Assembly (NCBI GenBank): GCA_045606105.1
Contig: JAZURI010000003.1
Span: forward strand, 167,124-231,123
Reading direction: 5' to 3'
DNA length: 64,000 nt
Origin: Spirochaetia bacterium
Lineage (GTDB): Bacteria > Spirochaetota > Spirochaetia > CADAEX01
Shown here: piece after piece, positions 57,696 through 64,000 of the stretch
Layout: each line of letters begins with the position of its first letter
Numbering within the stretch: position 1 is the stretch's first letter
Translations under genes and position numbers: made by a program
The notes under the pieces: model-generated
Databases searched by the model: none
The model's input: only the letters and a program-made list of their open reading frames with translations
Told to the model about the DNA's origin: nothing

Positions 57696-58869
57696 AGTCC
57701 GGAAGAAGCCGGTCGCTTCTCCACCATACGGCATGTACCTTGTCACCGTCCCTGAGAAGGGTGGAAATTATTCCGTCGCTGTTTACGGTCAGCTCTGAAA
57801 AATACTCACAATCCTTTTCCCATTCGATATGCGTATTGGCAATTATGCTGCCATCCGCCTTTATCGTAAGCAGATTGTATCTTTTATCACTGACAGGACT
57901 TATAAAGAAAAGAATATCAGAATCGTGGGTCCCCAGCAGCTGGTACACGGTTTCAAGCCTCTCCACCGAAATGCTTTTCCTGGTCTTTTCGGAAAGCATA
58001 TATGTTACCGGTATATCGGTGCATCCGGTAAATTCCCTTTTGCTGACATCATATGTGTACACGGATGACTTGCAGAAATCCACATCGTTGTCACCGCCGT
58101 AGCTGAGGCTGTTTTCCCTGTTGTAGAAATTCACGTTGAAATATATGAAATATCCTTTCTTTGAAACAGAGGCCGAATCAGGGGAGGCTATGAGCTGCAT
58201 GCCGTTTTCTTCAGCCTTGAACTCATCGGCTGTGAATTCCAGTGTATAGAGAGGCTCCAGCTTTTCATCAAACCAGTAGATAACCCTGGCTTCCGGTACC
58301 AGTGTATGGACAATCAGGTGGCCGTAAAGGTTGGTCTCAAGCTTTGTTATCAGCGGAAACGGACTGCTTCCCGGCCCTTCGGTTCCCAGTCTTCCTTTAT
58401 AGCTGCCGTCGGCACCGAAGCAGTGGACCGCATGGATAAGGGAGGTGGTATACCTGTCGCTCATTTCATGGAGGTAATCGGGAGTCTTGTCTGCAACAAA
58501 GATGTTCTGGTTCATGTCTGCAATGATATGGGAAGGCGATATGAAAGGAAATTCCGCTGCTCCGGTACCGGGCGACATGGTTTTCTCATTTTTCATGAGC
58601 AGTACGGGACTGACCCCTTCGTTATCATTGTAGTGGAGAGCAAGAAGATCACCGTAGGAGTTGAATTTCATTATTTTTTTCTGTTCCGTATCGGAAATGA
58701 AGAAAAAACCGTCAGACATGGAGATATATGCATCTCCTCCCAGTTCATCCTCCATGGCGCCGAAAGAAAGGGTAAACATGGTTTTCTGCACCGGAACGGA
58801 GCTGTCATCCCTGTGACAGGAAACGGAAATGAGAGATACGGCTGCAAGCAGAAACAGTAATTTCCTCAT
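57667..58869 (-). CDS. Beta-propeller-like lipoprotein (LIC_12708-like)
   Basis: Lipobox ISVSC; FGAMEDEL, KIMKFNSYGDLL, LGTEGPG..PFP; C-terminal WWRSD. Confidence 0.7.
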   Translation of the reverse strand: MRKLLFLLAAVSLISVSCHRDDSSVPVQKTMFTLSFGAMEDELGGDAYISMSDGFFFISDTEQKKIMKFNSYGDLLALHYNDNEGVSPVLLMKNEKTMSPGTGAAEFPFISPSHIIADMNQNIFVADKTPDYLHEMSDRYTTSLIHAVHCFGADGSYKGRLGTEGPGSSPFPLITKLETNLYGHLIVHTLVPEARVIYWFDEKLEPLYTLEFTADEFKAEENGMQLIASPDSASVSKKGYFIYFNVNFYNRENSLSYGGDNDVDFCKSSVYTYDVSKREFTGCTDIPVTYMLSEKTRKSISVERLETVYQLLGTHDSDILFFISPVSDKRYNLLTIKADGSIIANTHIEWEKDCEYFSELTVNSDGIISTLLRDGDKVHAVWWRSDRLLPDFRKSLPSPF

Positions 58870-58922
58870 ATGATAATGATACTATTCAAAGAAAATCCTG
58901 TCTATAAGCTATTGGGTAATTA

Positions 58923-58951
58923 TTGACAGACCAAAACGCTTTTACTAATAT
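58923..58951 (+). promoter_or_regulatory. sigma70-type promoter
   Basis: TTGACA-N17-TAATAT upstream of RBS AAGGAG and ATG 58969. Confidence 0.65.
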
Positions 58952-58968
58952 AACCCAAGGAGTGGTTT

Positions 58969-59694
58969 ATGACTAAAGAGAGGCTTCAGTGTTTTTCTGA
59001 TGCAGACCTGGGTAAAATAGCATCCGGACAGGGGATCATCAATTTTCACGACATGGACAGGGAAGAGCTTGTGGATGTAATCGTGGATGCATTTGAAGAA
59101 AGCCGTCTTGAGCATGAAGAAGAAAGCAACTGGACAATCCGCTCCGTAGAAAAGAAATTCGATATTTTCAGGGATGAAGAGCTTGAGGCCTCAGGTGCTT
59201 CGGCTGTATCTGTTCCCGAAAAGTACAATGTCACAAAAATCAGCCTTATCATGGTAAACCCTCTCATGGCCTTTGTTTTCTGGGAGCTGAACGATGAAGA
59301 CAAGGATATGGCCCACAGATGCGCAAGAAGAGGAAATTTTCTCCTCAGGGTCCATGAAAAGCAGATAAACGATGATTCAGATGATTTCTTTGACATTCCG
59401 GTAAAGACGGACGACAAGAAATGGTACATAAACCTTCCGAGCAATGGCTGCACATATCACATTGAGCTTGTATGCAGGACTGGGGATACCGAAAAGTCCC
59501 TGGGGGAGTCAAACAGCATAGACAGCCCTCTGAAGATTTCCGGAGATATAATGAACAAAAGCGACAAGTACCGGGACGACTTCATGGTGCTTGCAGGTGT
59601 TTACGGTTTTTATGATGACGAGGACGGAGATATTGACAATTCCCAGAGAATCATCACATTTCTCAATGCGGCATCAATCAGGGAAGGGGTGTAA
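58969..59694 (+). CDS. DUF4912 family protein
   Basis: PEKYNVTKISLIMVNPLMAFVFWE, WYIN, SN; the usual partner upstream of GH57 branching enzymes. Confidence 0.85.
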   Translation: MTKERLQCFSDADLGKIASGQGIINFHDMDREELVDVIVDAFEESRLEHEEESNWTIRSVEKKFDIFRDEELEASGASAVSVPEKYNVTKISLIMVNPLMAFVFWELNDEDKDMAHRCARRGNFLLRVHEKQINDDSDDFFDIPVKTDDKKWYINLPSNGCTYHIELVCRTGDTEKSLGESNSIDSPLKISGDIMNKSDKYRDDFMVLAGVYGFYDDEDGDIDNSQRIITFLNAASIREGV

Positions 59695-59696
59695 GT

Positions 59697-61280
59697 ATGC
59701 ATAAAGGGTATCTTGTATTTGAACTGACATGTCATCTGCCTTTTGTAAAGCATCCTGAGGAGGGGAAATATCCCGAGGAGAACTGGCTCAGCAATGCTGT
59801 TTCAGATACCTATCTTCCGCTGCTCCGTGCACTGAACCGTCTTGACAGGGACAATATTCCGGTAAATCTCACACTGGTTGTCTCTCCCACACTTTCGGCC
59901 ATGCTTACCGACGAGCTGCTTCAGGAGCGTTATATAAAATTCCTGAAGAATCAGATTGCACTGGGTGAGAAAGAGGTTGCAAGGACAGCCGGAAACCCGG
60001 ATATAAGGAAGAATGCCGAAATGTATCTGGCCTCCTACAGACAGGACCTGGCGGACTTTACCGAAACCTACGGCCGGGATATCCTCGGCGGCTTCAGGAA
60101 GCTGGAGAAGAAGAAAAGGATAAACATCATAACCACCTGTGCTTCCCACTGCTACATGCCGCTCTATACATCCTGTCCCGACATGCTTGAGGCACAGATC
60201 TATACCGCAATCAATTCCCACAACAGGGTCTTCAACAAGGATACCAAGGGATTCTGGCTCCCTGAGCTGGGCTATTATCCGGGAATCGAGAAGATACTCA
60301 GAAAATACAAGATAGAATATTTCTTTACCGCAGTTCATTCCTTCCTTTTCGGAAGCAGGCTGCCACATAACGGAATCTACGCACCGGTAAATGTGGACAA
60401 CACCGGAGTTTATGCCTTCTGCAGGGACCTTGCATCGAGCCGGTTCCTCCTTTCCCGTGACGAAGGATATCCGGGGGATTTCTCATACCGCGACTATTCA
60501 AAGGATATTACCTCCGAAATGGATGCCGGTTATCTGGGCTCATTGGCTTATCCTGACGGCTCCAGGGTTAATTCCGGATACAAATATCATTCCAATTCCA
60601 GTGACTTCGGTCCGGGAATGGGTATATACAACCGGGAAAGGGCCGCAACCGTGGTGGATAAGCATGCCGATAACTTTATCTATAATATCAGGAAAAGGGT
60701 CAAAAGCCTTCTTCAGTACACAGACCGTCCTCCGGTTATTGTCTGCCCTGCAGATGCATCGGTTTTCGGACACTGGTGGTTCGAAGGGGTGGACTGGCTT
60801 GAGGCTGTCATCAGGAAGCTTGCCTCCGACGACGAGCTGGCACTGATCTATCCGTCCGAATATCTCTATACCTACAAGAACCTGGAATCGGTATCACTCT
60901 CATATTCCAGCGTGGGCAACGGAGGCTATTCCGGAGACTGGCTCAACGGCAGCAATGACTGGATTTATACCCATATCTACAGCTCCATAGACAAGATGAA
61001 GGAACTGGTTTCCAGATTCCCTGACGAAGGGGGGCTCAGAAGGCGTGCCCTGAACCAGGCGGCCCGTGAGGTGCTCCTGTCCCAGGCATCGGACTGGCCT
61101 CTTATCATGAAATCGGGAATAGCGGCTCCTTATGCAGGCATGAGATTCAGGGAGCATATCAGCAATTTCCTCAAGATATACAACGATCTGTCCGGAAATG
61201 CCGTTGATACCGAATGGCTCACAGGAATCGAAAAAAAGAACAGTGTTTTCGCTGATGTGGACTACATGATGTTCAGGTAA
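59697..61280 (+). CDS. GH57 glycoside hydrolase (branching-enzyme subfamily, DUF1957)
   Basis: HLPFV, TYLPL, GFWLPE, FGHWWFEG, QAAREVLL.QASDW. Confidence 0.9.
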   Translation: MHKGYLVFELTCHLPFVKHPEEGKYPEENWLSNAVSDTYLPLLRALNRLDRDNIPVNLTLVVSPTLSAMLTDELLQERYIKFLKNQIALGEKEVARTAGNPDIRKNAEMYLASYRQDLADFTETYGRDILGGFRKLEKKKRINIITTCASHCYMPLYTSCPDMLEAQIYTAINSHNRVFNKDTKGFWLPELGYYPGIEKILRKYKIEYFFTAVHSFLFGSRLPHNGIYAPVNVDNTGVYAFCRDLASSRFLLSRDEGYPGDFSYRDYSKDITSEMDAGYLGSLAYPDGSRVNSGYKYHSNSSDFGPGMGIYNRERAATVVDKHADNFIYNIRKRVKSLLQYTDRPPVIVCPADASVFGHWWFEGVDWLEAVIRKLASDDELALIYPSEYLYTYKNLESVSLSYSSVGNGGYSGDWLNGSNDWIYTHIYSSIDKMKELVSRFPDEGGLRRRALNQAAREVLLSQASDWPLIMKSGIAAPYAGMRFREHISNFLKIYNDLSGNAVDTEWLTGIEKKNSVFADVDYMMFR

Positions 61281-61347
61281 GGCCCGGTTAACCTTTTCAT
61301 TTTACTTCAAACTCTCTCTTTTATATCAAAATCGTTAAAACTTAAGC

Positions 61348-61376
61348 TTGAATTATTTAAACTTATGGTTTATAAT
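61348..61376 (+). promoter_or_regulatory. sigma70-type promoter of the hydrogenase-type operon
   Basis: TTGAAT-N17-TATAAT. Confidence 0.7.
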
Positions 61377-61419
61377 CGTCCACAGTATTCTTTATATTTT
61401 TATAAAAAGTGGAGGTTTC

Positions 61420-61908
61420 ATGTCTGTAAGTACAGCTGAAGAGATTAAATTCTCAGATGAACTTTTGGCTTTTATTGAGGAATGGAAAACAAAACCCGGA
61501 AATCTTATTATGATTCTTCACAAGGTACAGGGCGAATTCGGATATATTCCACGTCAGGCCGCAGTGAAAGTTTCTGAAATGATTGATGTTCCTTTAGCCA
61601 AAATTTATGGTGTTATCACATTTTATCATTTTTTCAAAACCAAGAAACCTGGAAAGTATATTATTCAGGTATGTCTTGGAACTGCATGCTATTTGAGGGG
61701 CGGTGCTGACATTATGCAGGAATTGGAAACAATTCTCAACATCAGTCCTGGTCAGGTTACTGATGACGGTCTTTTCTCAATTGAGGCTGTAAGATGTATC
61801 GGTTGTTGCGGTCTTGCTCCTGTTATCATGATCGGCGGAGAAGTTTTCGGAAAACTTACTGCTGACGATGTTCCTGGAATTATAGCTGACTTCAGAGCAA
61901 GAGGCTGA
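61420..61908 (+). CDS. NuoE-like 2Fe-2S subunit (HydC-type)
   Basis: LHKVQGEFGYIP, CLGTAC, CIGCC; RBS GGAGG. Confidence 0.93.
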   Translation: MSVSTAEEIKFSDELLAFIEEWKTKPGNLIMILHKVQGEFGYIPRQAAVKVSEMIDVPLAKIYGVITFYHFFKTKKPGKYIIQVCLGTACYLRGGADIMQELETILNISPGQVTDDGLFSIEAVRCIGCCGLAPVIMIGGEVFGKLTADDVPGIIADFRARG

Positions 61909-61913
61909 TCCGT

Positions 61914-62468
61914 ATGCATGCTCAGATTGCCGATTTTCTTGCCGATTGTCTGCAGAACTCTGTCGAAGCCGGAGCGGGGTATATCATCATAAATTACACC
62001 GTAAGGACCGGAGATGCGATTGAGGTTGCAATTATTGACAACGGAAAGGGAATGAGTGACGAGATCCTTAAAAAGATTCAGGATCCGTTCTACACAGACG
62101 GCACAAAGCATGTAAAAAGAAAAGTCGGACTTGGAATACCGTTCCTTATGCAGGCGGTTAACCTTTCGGGGGGAACCTTCAGTGTTGAGTCGGAGGTAGG
62201 CAAAGGAACAACCTTCAGATTCAGCTTTGACCTGAATAACATAGATACACCTCCTCAGGGAGATGTTAACGGAGCTGTCATTCAGGCAATGATGTATGAC
62301 GGCGGATATGAGCTTGAATACAATAAGGCAGTGGTAAATCAAGGCGAAGAAAAAAGCTATACTGTAAAAAGAACAGAATTAATTGATGCTCTTGGGTGCT
62401 TGTCCGATCCGTCTGCAATAAAGATGGCAAAGGTTTTTCTCAGTTCCCAGGACGAAGATTTATTTTAA
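61914..62468 (+). CDS. Stand-alone HATPase_c (GHKL) domain protein
   Basis: N-box QNS, G1 DNGKGM, DPFYT, G2 GLGIP, GKGT. Confidence 0.88.
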   Translation: MHAQIADFLADCLQNSVEAGAGYIIINYTVRTGDAIEVAIIDNGKGMSDEILKKIQDPFYTDGTKHVKRKVGLGIPFLMQAVNLSGGTFSVESEVGKGTTFRFSFDLNNIDTPPQGDVNGAVIQAMMYDGGYELEYNKAVVNQGEEKSYTVKRTELIDALGCLSDPSAIKMAKVFLSSQDEDLF

Positions 62469-62481
62469 AGGAGACCAATAA

Positions 62482-62874
62482 ATGGCTAAAATGACCCTGG
62501 AAAGCCTTAAGAAATTAAGAGAAGGCAAATTGCAGGATATGGAAAGAAGAGAAACAGAAGGAAAGGATGTCCATGTTGTTATCGGTATGGGTACATGCGG
62601 TATCGCTGCCGGTTCAAAGGTTGTTCTTGACGCTTTTATCGAAGAACTTGCTGCTAAGGGAATCGATAATGTAACAGTTAAACAGACAGGTTGTATGGGA
62701 CTCTGCTACGTAGAACCTACAGTAGAAGTAAAAGTTCCTGGAATGCCTGACACAATTTACGGAAAAGTTGATGCAGAGGTTGCTAAAAAGATTATCAAGG
62801 ATCACATCGTTGGTAAGAAGCTTGTCAGCGACCATATTTATGACAGACCTTCAACTGACATTGTAAAGGGCTGA
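62482..62874 (+). CDS. Thioredoxin-like 2Fe-2S ferredoxin (HydD-type)
   Basis: GMGTCGIAAG, TGCMGLCYVEP. Confidence 0.92.
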   Translation: MAKMTLESLKKLREGKLQDMERRETEGKDVHVVIGMGTCGIAAGSKVVLDAFIEELAAKGIDNVTVKQTGCMGLCYVEPTVEVKVPGMPDTIYGKVDAEVAKKIIKDHIVGKKLVSDHIYDRPSTDIVKG

Positions 62875-62885
62875 GGAGGTAGTTG

Positions 62886-64000
62886 ATGGCAATTAGGAAC
62901 TATATTTTGGTATGCGGTGGTTCCGCATGTGAAGCTTCAAAGGCAGATGCAATCTACGAATCTCTTAAGAAGAATGTTGCTGACAACGGCCTTGCAAACG
63001 ATGTACAGGTTGTAAAGACAGGTTGTTTCGGATTCTGTGAAAAAGGACCTATCGTAAAGGTTCTTCCTGAAGAATTCTTCTATGTAGAAGTTAAGCCTGA
63101 AGATGCTGAAGAAATCGTTCATGAGTCAATCATCAAGGGACGTGCCGTTCAGAGACTTATCTATACAGATGACAAGACAGCAGGAAAGAAAGACAAGTTT
63201 GATGTTGAAGAGATCGGATTCTACCAGAAGCAGTACAGAATCGTACTCAGAAACTGCGGTTTCATCGATCCTGAAAACATTGACGAATATATTGCAAGAG
63301 ACGGTTATCAGGCTCTCGCAAAGGCTCTTTTCGAACTCAAGCAGGACGGAGTTGTAGAAGAACTTAAGAAATCCAATCTCCGCGGTAGAGGTGGAGCAGG
63401 ATTCCCTACATGGATCAAATGGAACACAACAAAGGGTGTTGCTGCTGATCAGAAATTTGTTGTATGTAATGCAGACGAGGGAGACCCGGGTGCATACATG
63501 GACAGATCAACTCTTGAGGGTGACCCGCACTCAGTAATCGAAGCAATGGCTATTGCAGGTTACACAGTAGGCGCTACAAAGGGTATCATCTACATCAGAG
63601 CTGAGTATCCACTGGCTATCAAGAGACTTGAAGTAGCTATGGGACAGGCAAGAGAATACGGACTTCTCGGAACAAACATCCTGGAAAGCGGTTTTGATTT
63701 CGATATCGAAATCAGACTCGGTGCAGGTGCATTCGTTTGCGGTGAGGAAACAGCACTTCTCAGATCCATCGAAGGAAACAGAGGTATGCCTACTCCAAAA
63801 CCACCATTCCCAGCAGTAGAAGGTCTCTGGCACAAACCAACAGTTATCAACAACGTTGAAACATATGCAAACATTCCTGTAATCATCCTCAAGGGTGGTG
63901 AATGGTTCTCAAAGATCGGTACACCTAAGTCACCTGGAACAAAGGTATTTGCTCTTACAGGTAAGATCAACAACTCCGGTCTCGTTGAGGTTCCTATGGG
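62886..64000 (+). CDS. NuoF-like FMN/NADH subunit (HydB-type), truncated by the window end
   Basis: Hand translation from ATG 62886: MAIRNYILVCGGSAC..TGCFGFCEKGP..LRGRGGAGFPT..CNADEGDPGAYMDRS..GAGAFVCGEETAL..NNVET. Confidence 0.93.
   Translation, partial: MAIRNYILVCGGSACEASKADAIYESLKKNVADNGLANDVQVVKTGCFGFCEKGPIVKVLPEEFFYVEVKPEDAEEIVHESIIKGRAVQRLIYTDDKTAGKKDKFDVEEIGFYQKQYRIVLRNCGFIDPENIDEYIARDGYQALAKALFELKQDGVVEELKKSNLRGRGGAGFPTWIKWNTTKGVAADQKFVVCNADEGDPGAYMDRSTLEGDPHSVIEAMAIAGYTVGATKGIIYIRAEYPLAIKRLEVAMGQAREYGLLGTNILESGFDFDIEIRLGAGAFVCGEETALLRSIEGNRGMPTPKPPFPAVEGLWHKPTVINNVETYANIPVIILKGGEWFSKIGTPKSPGTKVFALTGKINNSGLVEVPM

Overview
A gene-dense, mostly housekeeping chromosomal window, probably from an anaerobic spirochaete. 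That assignment is inferred from a spirochaete-type LptD, the lipoprotein signal peptides, the Pgi DQEGVQLGK motif and several spirochaete-like hypothetical proteins. It holds about 55 CDSs, including murB, mgtE, asd, argA, NAD kinase-recN, uvrA-lptD-pgeF-argS, a Y-family polymerase cassette, purC, pyk, pgi, an Opp-type ABC transporter, pyrE/pyrF, rpsF-ssb-rpsR-rplI-dnaB-rnhA, a GH57 enzyme and the start of a bifurcating [FeFe]-hydrogenase-type operon. tRNA-Asn(GTT) and tRNA-Val(TAC) are also present. I found no CRISPR array, transposase or prophage. The most notable observations are four. (1) Between pgi and cdd lie two tandem minus-strand non-coding units. Each has the same ECF-sigma-like promoter (GTAAC-N16-TGTTTATCA), a related CCTGCCGG terminator and an anti-Shine-Dalgarno sequence, so they may be an envelope-stress sRNA pair. 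(2) The orotate phosphoribosyltransferase has two domains whose halves have lost complementary catalytic parts, as expected for a single-chain pseudo-dimer. (3) A 33-aa membrane-peptide ORF, too short for the ORF track, has its own expression signals. (4) A MATE transporter gene remnant sits at 52.5 kb. All assignments come from reading the sequence; no database searches were run.
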